A stretch of DNA of 32,523 nt from Candidatus Pacearchaeota archaeon (GCA_018304205.1 JAGVWR010000005.1:1-32523); one strand, 5' to 3'; positions 16,576 to 24,824 are shown, numbered from the stretch's first letter. Notes: a model not told the origin generated them from the sequence alone. Program-made: numbers and translations.

Positions 16576-18588
16576 ATGAACTTAAGTAGATTGTCAAGAG
16601 ACGAATTAAAATCTCTTAAGGCCGATCCTGTAAAACTAAGAAGTTATTGTGTTGGGAGAAAAGTTTCTCTTATTGATGTTTTAGATCAAATAGATGCTTT
16701 AATTTCTGATAATGTAAACAATAAAAGTAAGGATGACAAATTAAATATTTCTAGATTAAAAAGAAGAATCTCTGTTTGCGCTCCTAGAAACATATATAGA
16801 GTAATTAGAAAGGTCAATGCAGAATATAGGGAGAAACGGTTTAGTTATGGTAGTATAACTTTAGAAGATTTTGCAAAAAGAGTTGATTTTGATTTAGAAA
16901 AAAATGATTTAAAGGTTGGTGTTGAGACTACTTTTTCGGGGTTTGTAGCTAACAGACTTTATGACACAATAGTTTTAAAGAAGTATCATCCAAAAGATAA
17001 GAAAAGAAGAAAAAGAATAAAGAAAAAAGTTCCAGAACATTTAAGAAAAATAAAAGATGAAGATTTTTCTAAATTTTTATGGATTACATTTGACTCTGTT
17101 TCAATGGAATTAGTAAGAGGAAAATTACCTGAAAATTATGTTGCTGATAATTATAGAATGATTAATGAGGAAATTGTTTTACTAAAGGGTAATGAAATGG
17201 TTAAGCATCCTTCTATAGAAGGAACAAGAAATTGGGTTGATCCTAGCAAGGATGAGACTAGAAAAATGATAACTAATTATATAGATAGCTATCTTCTCAA
17301 TAATCTTAGAGGAAAAGCAGAGGTAGTTGAGACAACACTTACTACAATTATAAGTGAAAGAGGAAAAATTGAAGAAAGAATTAATAAATTAAATGAGGAA
17401 ATAAGAGATATGTCTGAAAAAAAGAGGTATTTAATCTTTTCACTTGAAGGCCCAAATTATCGGGTAAATCAATTTGTTAAAAATATCCTTGGTGGTAGAT
17501 CAAAGTCTGCAAACTTAAGTGGAAGAAAAGTTATAGAGGATACAATAGCTACTGCTGAAGGTTTTAAAAGAAAAGTTGATGTTACTTTCGATTTAAGAAT
17601 CGTAAGTCTTCCTGGTTTTGATACATTTGTTAAAGGATATAAAGAATTTATTAATTCTCTTCCTGAAAATGAAAGAGGATCATTAAATTCTAATTTAGAT
17701 ACAATTCTAAGAAATGGTATACTTTCTGAGAATTTGATCGCAAGCAAAGACAATGAAATTTCTTTATGCCAGAGAGAACTAGATAAATTAACTTTAAAGG
17801 AAAGTGAAATTTCACAAATGAGAAACTCCCCTAAAAATTTGAATTATTTGGGTCTGGAAGGTCCGAATTTTTCAAGTTTTCTTAAAATCTATGGCCTTCT
17901 CTCTAAATATGGGCTTGGTTTAAAGGGAGTTATTCCTGAAAATAGCGAAAGATTGTATAATTTGATGAATAGTTTAGCAAGACACGATAATTTTAGAGAA
18001 TATTTTAGAGATGTCAAAATTGCTAGAGCAGACTTAGATGAACTTATTCTTCTTGATTTTGTTAATAGTCCTTTAGTTAGATTAGAAAGAGAACCCACTA
18101 AGGATGAAGATTTGAAATTAGGAGTTAGATACAAAGAAGATTTAATAGGTTTAGATCAATATTATTTGGCTTTAGATAGTTTGGAAACAGAAGGTGTAGA
18201 AAAGACTTCAAAAAAATTTGGAATATCTCCAGAATTTGCCTCTATAATTTCAGATAGGTATAAAGATAAATTTGATATTGTATTTTTGGATTATGTTGGA
18301 AGAATGACTTCTAAAAGACAATTAGCTTTAGAAGTTCTTGTAAGAAGAAGGTTAAATAGTAATGCAATTATAGCAACTACTACAAATGCTTCTGCAAGAG
18401 TTAATCCAAGAGGAGAATCTGGGGGGATGGAGCAAATAAATAATAATATTCTGGAAATTTCTTTTGATGCATTCATTAATAATGGTTATACTCCTATTGA
18501 AAGAGAGGGCTTAGAATACAATAAAAGTAAGAGCGCAAGTGATGGAATGATTTTCCAAGTATATTATATAAAGAAAGATCAGGTTTAG
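16576..18588 (+). CDS. large orphan protein with a duplicated 'LEGPN[YF]' module; C-terminal module shows Rossmann/methyltransferase-like motif order
   Basis: 'FSLEGPNYRVNQF' (17443-) and 'LGLEGPNFSSF' (17854-). The second is followed by 'GVIPENSERLYNLM', 'VKIARADLDEL' and 'KFDIVFLDYVGRM' (18271-). Basic patch 'KDKKRRKRIKKK'. Start taken at ATG 16576, 1 nt after the upstream stop. Confidence 0.6.
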   Translation: MNLSRLSRDELKSLKADPVKLRSYCVGRKVSLIDVLDQIDALISDNVNNKSKDDKLNISRLKRRISVCAPRNIYRVIRKVNAEYREKRFSYGSITLEDFAKRVDFDLEKNDLKVGVETTFSGFVANRLYDTIVLKKYHPKDKKRRKRIKKKVPEHLRKIKDEDFSKFLWITFDSVSMELVRGKLPENYVADNYRMINEEIVLLKGNEMVKHPSIEGTRNWVDPSKDETRKMITNYIDSYLLNNLRGKAEVVETTLTTIISERGKIEERINKLNEEIRDMSEKKRYLIFSLEGPNYRVNQFVKNILGGRSKSANLSGRKVIEDTIATAEGFKRKVDVTFDLRIVSLPGFDTFVKGYKEFINSLPENERGSLNSNLDTILRNGILSENLIASKDNEISLCQRELDKLTLKESEISQMRNSPKNLNYLGLEGPNFSSFLKIYGLLSKYGLGLKGVIPENSERLYNLMNSLARHDNFREYFRDVKIARADLDELILLDFVNSPLVRLEREPTKDEDLKLGVRYKEDLIGLDQYYLALDSLETEGVEKTSKKFGISPEFASIISDRYKDKFDIVFLDYVGRMTSKRQLALEVLVRRRLNSNAIIATTTNASARVNPRGESGGMEQINNNILEISFDAFINNGYTPIEREGLEYNKSKSASDGMIFQVYYIKKDQV

Positions 18589-18989
18589 GCGTTGTAGCTT
18601 CCTCTTGTCCAATTTGCTAAATATGCCGAGACAGTTTCGACAGGAACTTTCTTTAAAGCTAAACGAACATCTAGGTGTGTTGCTCCTTTGTTTTTAAGAG
18701 ATACAACCTTATCTCTTATAGGATCTTTTTCTCGATATTCTCCTTTATTTGAAACGGTTCTGAGAATTTCTACTAGCATAGATGTTTGCCTAGAATCAAG
18801 CAGCTTTATCGTTTCTTTCGGAATGTGAATTTTGCCATTTCCATTCGTATAAGTGTAAACTTTTCTAACCAAGGCGGCCTTATATCCAGCTAATTGTTCT
18901 TGGCTTATTCTTTCTTGTTTTCTTATAACCGGATCAGAGTAACCTTCTCTTATTTTGCTATAAATTCTGTTTTGTTTTGTTTTTGTCAT
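18585..18989 (-). CDS. hypothetical small protein, convergent on the GHKL cluster (4-nt overlap)
   Basis: 134-aa ORF. TATA-like tttataaa (19011-19019, minus strand) lies about 22 nt upstream of its ATG. Possible C-terminal HTH 'GATHLDVRLALKKVPVETVSAYLANWTRG'. Confidence 0.5.
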   Translation of the reverse strand: MTKTKQNRIYSKIREGYSDPVIRKQERISQEQLAGYKAALVRKVYTYTNGNGKIHIPKETIKLLDSRQTSMLVEILRTVSNKGEYREKDPIRDKVVSLKNKGATHLDVRLALKKVPVETVSAYLANWTRGSYNA

Positions 18990-19047
18990 AAAAATTAGGC
19001 GATTTTAGAGTTTATAAATATTTGTTTAGTACTACTATATAATTAAT

Positions 19048-19119
19048 ATCAAAAGCACTTGTGCTTGGGATGCTAGAGAAATCTTTATGGAGTTTTGTCA
19101 AGTTTCTTGACATAATAGG
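19048..19119 (+). repeat. intergenic repeat family, copy D
   Basis: atcaaaagcacttgtgcttgggatgctagagaaatctttatggagttttgtcaagtttcttgacataatagg. Confidence 0.8.
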
Positions 19120-19187
19120 CAAGTTTTAAAAAGCCAAAATTTCTATGAAGAGTATCTATTTATTAGATAAATTAAGGACTAAACAAA

Positions 19188-19487
19188 ATGAAAGGAATTG
19201 TAGTACAATTTAGAAGAGGAAGAAAGATAATTCACGAAAGGCATTACCTATTGGACTTGGGGATGAAAGACAGAGCAGAAGCTAAGAAACTAGCAGGAAA
19301 GAGTGTTGAATGGAAGTCGCCTGCTGGAAAAATAATAAAAGGAAAAGTAAGCGATGCTCATGGAAATAAAGGATTAGTAAGGGCTATTTTTGAGAAAGGA
19401 CTACCTGGACAGGCGATTACTACTGAGATAGAATTAAAAGATGTTCCTAGCGAAAAAATAACTAAGGTAAAAGAGGCAAAGAAGTAA
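19188..19487 (+). CDS. rpl35ae: 50S ribosomal protein L35Ae (eL33)
   Basis: 'GIVVQFRRGRK...GKVSDAHGNKGLVRAIFEKGLPGQAI' matches the L35Ae signature. Confidence 0.88.
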   Translation: MKGIVVQFRRGRKIIHERHYLLDLGMKDRAEAKKLAGKSVEWKSPAGKIIKGKVSDAHGNKGLVRAIFEKGLPGQAITTEIELKDVPSEKITKVKEAKK

Positions 19488-19805
19488 ATGACAACGGTAC
19501 AATATAAATTTCCAGGAGAAACAGAAAAAAAATTAATAGAAGTTTCACAACTAGATCAGAATGCAATGTATCTCATTGGACATCCTAAATTTGAAAATGC
19601 AAAATTAGAGCAATTGAGATACACTTTTCCTATTGTTCTTGGAAGTAAAATAGAGGATGAGCTTGAGGAGTTAGCAAAGATTGGAGGAATATGGTCTGAA
19701 AGTGGGAGACCAATCCTGAATGCAGTTGTTTATTCTTACGGACGTAATAATAATTTTGTGCATAATTTAAATAATAAACAATCCAGTTTAGGGGAAGTAG
19801 CATAA
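19488..19805 (+). CDS. hypothetical protein embedded in the ribosomal protein operon
   Basis: 105-aa ORF whose ATG directly abuts the rpl35ae stop (TAAATG). Its own stop abuts the rpl10e ATG. Confidence 0.5.
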   Translation: MTTVQYKFPGETEKKLIEVSQLDQNAMYLIGHPKFENAKLEQLRYTFPIVLGSKIEDELEELAKIGGIWSESGRPILNAVVYSYGRNNNFVHNLNNKQSSLGEVA

Positions 19806-20345
19806 ATGGGATTAAGAAAAGCAGCGGCGTATTCAAGAATGCATGTTAGGCCATACACGAGAAAATCTGGTGTAAAGAGCAAATCATACATCAAAGCTAT
19901 TCCACAAAATAAGATAGTTAAGTTTAGAATGGGAAATCAGAAAGATTCTGAATCCGGAAAGCATAAATTCATTATAAAGTACATGAGTGAAGAAAAAGTA
20001 CAAATAAGGGATAACGCGCTTGAAGCATCAAGAATGTGGCTAAATAAAATTTTGGATGAAAAAATGCCTGGAGAATATTTCTTAGATGTAAAGGTTTATC
20101 CTCATCATATTCAGAGAGAGAACAAATCTGCTGGAGGAATGGCTGGAGCAGACAGAATTTCTACAGGAATGACGCATTCATTTGGAATTACAATTGGGAG
20201 AGCAGCAATTGTAAATGCAGGAAAAGATGTTTTTGTTATAACTACCACTAGCGAGAAAAATGCAAGAGATGCAAGAGACGCATTAAAAGCTGTAAAGACT
20301 AAACTTCCATGCAGGGGAAGAATTATTTTTGAAAAATTAGAGTAA
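19806..20345 (+). CDS. rpl10e: 50S ribosomal protein L10e (uL16)
   Basis: 'MGLRKAAAYSRMHVRPYTRKS...IPQNKIVKFRMGN' is the typical archaeal L10e N-terminus; 179 aa. Confidence 0.92.
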   Translation: MGLRKAAAYSRMHVRPYTRKSGVKSKSYIKAIPQNKIVKFRMGNQKDSESGKHKFIIKYMSEEKVQIRDNALEASRMWLNKILDEKMPGEYFLDVKVYPHHIQRENKSAGGMAGADRISTGMTHSFGITIGRAAIVNAGKDVFVITTTSEKNARDARDALKAVKTKLPCRGRIIFEKLE

Positions 20346-20346
20346 A

Positions 20347-20538
20347 ATGAGTTCTTTAAGTGAATTAGTTAGCAGGGAATTGGCCAAAGATATTGATGAC
20401 CCTGTTAAATTTGTTCTTGAACTTTGGGTAGAATTCTTGCATAGGGCGATTAAGCCAAGTTATTGTTTTGATAAGAAGGATAGAATTAAACTGCAGGGTT
20501 TAGGAATTTCGGAAGAGAGATGCGAAATTATTATTTGA
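20347..20538 (+). CDS. hypothetical small protein
   Basis: 63-aa ORF starting 1 nt after the rpl10e stop. Confidence 0.4.
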   Translation: MSSLSELVSRELAKDIDDPVKFVLELWVEFLHRAIKPSYCFDKKDRIKLQGLGISEERCEIII

Positions 20539-20735
20539 TGTTTAATAATCTTGGGAGTGAAATGCCAGATGTCGTGTCCATGGCTCTTTTAGAAAATTTA
20601 AATGAATATTTAGAAAGGGCGAGCGAGGTAAAGGAAGTACGGAGTTTTGAGGAAACTGATAAGTTGGTTAATGAATTATGCAGGGGTTATAACGAATTGG
20701 CTAAGTATTTAAGAGAGATAAGAATAGCTAGATAA
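20520..20735 (+). CDS. hypothetical small protein (likely true start ATG 20538, TGATG overlap)
   Basis: 71-aa ORF. The internal ATG at 20538 overlaps the upstream TGA stop, suggesting translational coupling. Confidence 0.4.
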   Translation: MRNYYLMFNNLGSEMPDVVSMALLENLNEYLERASEVKEVRSFEETDKLVNELCRGYNELAKYLREIRIAR

Positions 20736-20737
20736 TT

Positions 20738-20760
20738 TTATGTTAAGAAACTTGACATAA
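20738..20760. repeat. intergenic repeat family, copy E (palindrome only)
   Basis: TTATGTtAAG-AAA-CTTGACATAA lies between a TATA-like taatttta (20732-20739) and ATG 20776. Confidence 0.65.
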
Positions 20761-20775
20761 CTATTCTGAAGAAAA

Positions 20776-21060
20776 ATGAGGATATATACAGGGTATAAAT
20801 TGACTATTCTTTCTATGATAACTGCTAACCATATTTCGGCTCAACATAAATATATATTTGCAATTGAAAAAGAAGAAAGAGAGGCTATCGACTTAGAAAA
20901 AATTGTTAAGGGTTTAAAAATTGCTCAACATGATTTAATAGATGATAATCCTATAAGGTTATTTAATCAAACAGCTAAGATGTATAGACTAGGAGACAGC
21001 ATAAGACAATTGGAGAGAAGTTTATATCTGATAATAGATAAAATAGTGTCGAATTTATAG
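20776..21060 (+). CDS. hypothetical protein
   Basis: 94-aa ORF. No motif recognised. Confidence 0.4.
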   Translation: MRIYTGYKLTILSMITANHISAQHKYIFAIEKEEREAIDLEKIVKGLKIAQHDLIDDNPIRLFNQTAKMYRLGDSIRQLERSLYLIIDKIVSNL

Positions 21061-21180
21061 ATCCTTTTTCATCAGAAGGGATGTTTCTTTTAACAAATCA
21101 TGTACTTCAAAGTTTAACAGATAGAGGGTTACTAAAGTATAATAGAAGTAGTTAATAAAAATTTCCACTTAGTAGTATGA

Positions 21181-21193
21181 AAAAGTTTAAATA
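21181..21193 (+). promoter_or_regulatory. BRE/TATA-like box for vapBC
   Basis: aaaagtttaaata is centred about 26 nt upstream of ATG 21215. Confidence 0.45.
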
Positions 21194-21214
21194 GCCAGTA
21201 TTACTAAATTATTT

Positions 21215-21454
21215 ATGATGATTAAAAGAGAAATTGGGGAAAAAGGGCAAGTAGTCATTCCTAAAGATATTCGTAAGCATCTTGGTTTAGGTATAGGGAC
21301 AGGTGTAACCTTTGAGGTTAAAAATGACGAAATTATTATGAAAAAAGAAGAAAATTCTGTTGATATTGTAGAGGACTTTTTTAATACTCCTAAAATTAAG
21401 AAAAAAGTTTCTACAAAAGAACTTAAGAAGATATATGAAGAACAATATGGATAA
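21215..21454 (+). CDS. vapB: AbrB/SpoVT-family antitoxin
   Basis: 'REIGEKGQVVIPKDIRKHLGLGIGTGVTFEV' is the swapped-hairpin AbrB signature. Overlaps the PIN gene by 20 nt. Confidence 0.8.
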   Translation: MMIKREIGEKGQVVIPKDIRKHLGLGIGTGVTFEVKNDEIIMKKEENSVDIVEDFFNTPKIKKKVSTKELKKIYEEQYG

Positions 21455-21857
21455 AAAATATTTGGACGCTAATGTTTTCATACAAGGTATTTTGAGAGAA
21501 GATACTAAATATAAGGAAGTTATTTTAAGGATGGCAAGAAAAGAATTTGTCGGTGTAACTTCAATCTTAAGTTGGGATGAGATAGTATTTGTTGTAGGAA
21601 AATTTTTAGGTAGAGAGGTGGCTAAAAGAGAGGGAAAGAAATTTTTCGGGTTGCCAAATCTTGAATTGATAGATGTTAAAAGAGAAGTTATTTTAAAGGC
21701 GCAAAAACTGATTGAAAAATATAACCTTAAACCTAGAGATGCGATTCATTCTGTTACTGCTATCAGTTTAGGCATTAAAGAGATTATTTCAGAAGATGCA
21801 GATTTTGATAAAATAAATGAATTAAAGAGAATCTCTCCTGAAAGTTATAGAAAATAA
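21435..21857 (+). CDS. vapC: PIN-domain toxin
   Basis: 'YLDANVFI' (first Asp), 'PRDAIHSVTA' and 'ISEDADFDK' are acidic PIN motifs in the correct order. Confidence 0.8.
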   Translation: MKNNMDKKYLDANVFIQGILREDTKYKEVILRMARKEFVGVTSILSWDEIVFVVGKFLGREVAKREGKKFFGLPNLELIDVKREVILKAQKLIEKYNLKPRDAIHSVTAISLGIKEIISEDADFDKINELKRISPESYRK

Positions 21858-21899
21858 AGAAGCAATAATATTTATTAAGTCAATTAATTTGTTCTATTA

Positions 21900-24755
21900 A
21901 TGAGTAGAAAAGAGGTAGAGAGCGAGAGCGTTAGTCTTATAAAATGGTTTTCTGAACTGAGTAATAAAAGTATAGATGTTGCAGGTGGGAAAGGAGCTTC
22001 ACTTGCTGAGATGTACAATAATAAGTTTCCTGTTCCTCCAGGTTTTATTGTAAGTGCGCAGGCTTATAAGTATTTCATAGAAAAATCTGGGCTTGCTGAG
22101 AGAATAAAATTCATGCTTTCTGATTTAGATGTCAACGATACTGAAAAATTGAATAAGGTTTCTGGCGAGATAAGAGGATTAATTGAGAAAGCACACATGC
22201 CTGCTGAACTAGAAAGTGAGATATTAGAGGCTTATGAAATTTTAGATGTTAGTAAACAGCATATAGAAAACGCTAAGGGAACAGCACTAGGAATATTAAA
22301 GAGAGGACATGAACCTCCATTTGTTGCAGTTAGAAGCAGTGCGACTGCTGAAGATTTAGCTGATGCAAGTTTTGCTGGACAGCAAGATTCTTTTTTAAAT
22401 GTAAAAGGTAAAAGTGATTTAATTGAAAATATAAAGAAATGTTTTTCATCATTATTTACTGCTAGAGCAATTTATTATAGAACACAAAAGAAATTTGAAC
22501 ATGATAAAGTTTACCTTGCAGTAGTAGTTCAGAGAATGATAGACTCTGAAAAATCAGGAGTTATGTTTTCAAGAAATCCTATAAAAAATGATGGCAGCAT
22601 ACTTATCGAAGCGGTTTTTGGGCTTGGAGAGGGAATTGTCTCTGGAAAGATAAAACCCGATAGCTATACGGTGGATAAAGGTTTAGATAATTTTAAGGTT
22701 ATTAATATAGAAATAAATGAGAAAAGACTTGCAATTGTAAGAAATTCAAGTGGAAAGAATGAAATTGTGAAATTAACTTCTGAAAGAGGGAATCAACAGG
22801 TATTGACTAGTTATGAAATAAAAAGACTTGCCCAGTACGCAAGACATTTAGAAGAGCACTACGGAAAACCGCAAGATATAGAGTTTGCAATAGAATCTAA
22901 TGAGATATTTATTGTTCAATCTAGACCAATAACTACTAAATTTGAAGATCATGAGCAAAAAGAATTGACAGGAGAGGTATTACTTAATGGACTTGGAGCT
23001 AGCCCAGGAATTGGATCTGGAAAGGTAAAAATAATTCATGATCTAAATGAATTAGATAAGGTAAAGCCCGGAGATATTTTAGTTACTGAAATGACAAATC
23101 CTGATATGGTTGTTGCTATGCAAAGAGCTGCAGGAATAATAACTGATGAAGGAGGAATTACGTCACACGCAAGCATCATAAGTAGAGAAATGGGAATTCC
23201 AGCGGTTGTTGGAACTGGAAACGCAACTAAAAAATTAAAAGAGGGGCAGATAGTTACTGTTGATGGATTTACTGGAAGAATTTTAGAGGGGAGAAGTGAG
23301 ATAAGAGAAGCAGAAATAAAACCAATTTTGAAAACGAAAACGAAAATAAAAGTAATAGTTGATTTACCTGACTTTGCGGAGAGAGCGGCTAAATCAGGAT
23401 CAAAAGCAGTAGGACTTGTGAGACTAGAAGGAATAATTGCAAGTTCGGGTAAACATCCAGTTAAGTTTGTTAAAGAAAATAAGATTGAAAATTATGTAGA
23501 GATTCTTGTTAAAGGATTAAGAAAGATTGCAGAACCCTTTGAAGAGATATGGATAAGAAGTTCTGATATAAGATCTGATGAGTTTAGAAACTTAGAAGGA
23601 GCGCCTAAAAATGTTGAAGGAAATCCTATGCTTGGAGATCACGGAGTCAGATTTAGTTTAAGACATCCGCAAATAATAGAAGCAGAGTTTAAGGCCGTAA
23701 AGGAAATTGCCGACGAATTTCCAAGTAAGAAAATAGGATTAATGATGCCTCAAATTATAAGTGTATCAGAACTTGCCGAATCAAAGAGAATTGCTAAAGA
23801 AGTTGTTGGAATTCCAAACAATGTTAAAATAGGAATAATGGTTGAAACTCCTGCAGCTGTTCAGATTATAAACCAGTTATGCGAAGAGGGAATTGATTTC
23901 ATAAGTTTTGGGACAAACGATTTAACGCAGTTTACTTTGGCTATTGATAGAAATAATGGAGATGTTCAGTATCTTTATGATGAAATGCATCCTGCAGTTT
24001 TGAATTCTTTAAGGTATGTGATAAAAAGATGCAAACATTATGGAGTTGAGACTTCATTATGCGGACAGGCAGGAAGCAGGGAAGATATGGCCAAGTTTTT
24101 GGTTGAACAAGGAATAGATTCTGTTTCTGTAAATGCTGATGCAGCATATAAAGTGAGTGAGGTAATCGCTCAAGCGGAAAAGGAATTTACAAACAGAAAT
24201 TTTGAAAGTGAGCAAGATGAAAAAGGAATAAGCAGTAGAGAAAAGGAGAAAGAGAAGGATATTATTTCTGTCGAGAGAACTATAGAGGTAGAAATTCCTT
24301 CTGCAAAGATAAATGTGAGTGCCGTCGAAACCGAGGATATAGAAGATTTAGTATTAAAAGAACTTGAAGGTGATGATTACTCTCCTGGCAATAAGGAAGA
24401 TAAAAATGAAAAGGATATTCCTTCTTTAAATGATGCTATTCCTGTTGAGTCCATTGATTTAATGGATAATGCTAAGGAAAGCGAAATTGATTTGAATTCA
24501 TTGAGTTTGGTTAATGCTAATGTTGAGGAAGGTAAGGAAAGCAAAGAAAGTAGTGAAGTAGAAACAAAAAAAATTGATGATAACGCCGATGATGAAGAAA
24601 CTGAAGGAAAAGATGAGGAAGAGGAAGTGCTTGGCGGGGCGATTGCTGATGAACTATTAAATGATAATGAAGAACTTGAAGACTTTGATAAAAATAAGGA
24701 ATGGGCTCCAGCATCTAAGAATAACAATGAGGATGAAGTTCTAGATATTTTCTAG
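21900..24755 (+). CDS. ppsA: phosphoenolpyruvate synthase with a ~190-aa acidic low-complexity C-terminal extension
   Basis: 'VAGGKGASLAEM', phospho-His loop 'GGITSHASIISREMGIPAVVG' and PEP-utiliser TIM motif 'FISFGTNDLTQFTLAIDR'. The catalytic part ends near 24180; the remainder is rich in D/E/K/N. Confidence 0.93.
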   Translation: MSRKEVESESVSLIKWFSELSNKSIDVAGGKGASLAEMYNNKFPVPPGFIVSAQAYKYFIEKSGLAERIKFMLSDLDVNDTEKLNKVSGEIRGLIEKAHMPAELESEILEAYEILDVSKQHIENAKGTALGILKRGHEPPFVAVRSSATAEDLADASFAGQQDSFLNVKGKSDLIENIKKCFSSLFTARAIYYRTQKKFEHDKVYLAVVVQRMIDSEKSGVMFSRNPIKNDGSILIEAVFGLGEGIVSGKIKPDSYTVDKGLDNFKVINIEINEKRLAIVRNSSGKNEIVKLTSERGNQQVLTSYEIKRLAQYARHLEEHYGKPQDIEFAIESNEIFIVQSRPITTKFEDHEQKELTGEVLLNGLGASPGIGSGKVKIIHDLNELDKVKPGDILVTEMTNPDMVVAMQRAAGIITDEGGITSHASIISREMGIPAVVGTGNATKKLKEGQIVTVDGFTGRILEGRSEIREAEIKPILKTKTKIKVIVDLPDFAERAAKSGSKAVGLVRLEGIIASSGKHPVKFVKENKIENYVEILVKGLRKIAEPFEEIWIRSSDIRSDEFRNLEGAPKNVEGNPMLGDHGVRFSLRHPQIIEAEFKAVKEIADEFPSKKIGLMMPQIISVSELAESKRIAKEVVGIPNNVKIGIMVETPAAVQIINQLCEEGIDFISFGTNDLTQFTLAIDRNNGDVQYLYDEMHPAVLNSLRYVIKRCKHYGVETSLCGQAGSREDMAKFLVEQGIDSVSVNADAAYKVSEVIAQAEKEFTNRNFESEQDEKGISSREKEKEKDIISVERTIEVEIPSAKINVSAVETEDIEDLVLKELEGDDYSPGNKEDKNEKDIPSLNDAIPVESIDLMDNAKESEIDLNSLSLVNANVEEGKESKESSEVETKKIDDNADDEETEGKDEEEEVLGGAIADELLNDNEELEDFDKNKEWAPASKNNNEDEVLDIF

Positions 24756-24810
24756 GGTTTTTGAGTATTGTTATGTTTGTTTTTGTTACTACTATTTAGT
24801 TACTTAAATA

Positions 24811-24824
24811 GAAAGATTTATAAA
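24811..24824 (+). promoter_or_regulatory. BRE/TATA-like box
   Basis: gaaagatttataaa is centred about 26 nt upstream of ATG 24846. Confidence 0.45.

Noticed and set aside
14787-18476. Antisense ORFs 14787-15074, 16127-16435, 17469-17753, 17889-18134 and 18291-18476
   Set aside because: All lie fully inside long sense ORFs and have S/L/F/I-rich, low-information translations typical of the reverse frame of AT-rich coding sequence.
19093-19115. TTGACA within the repeat palindrome read as a bacterial -35 promoter element
   Set aside because: The window is archaeal (L35Ae, L10e, tRNA introns, BRE/TATA boxes). No spaced -10 TATAAT partner is consistently present.
24377-24727. Ser/Leu-rich antisense ORFs (24377-24727 and 24517-24714) opposite the ppsA tail
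   Set aside because: They are mirror images of GAA/GAT/AAG-rich codons. The sense frame is continuous with a well-supported ppsA.
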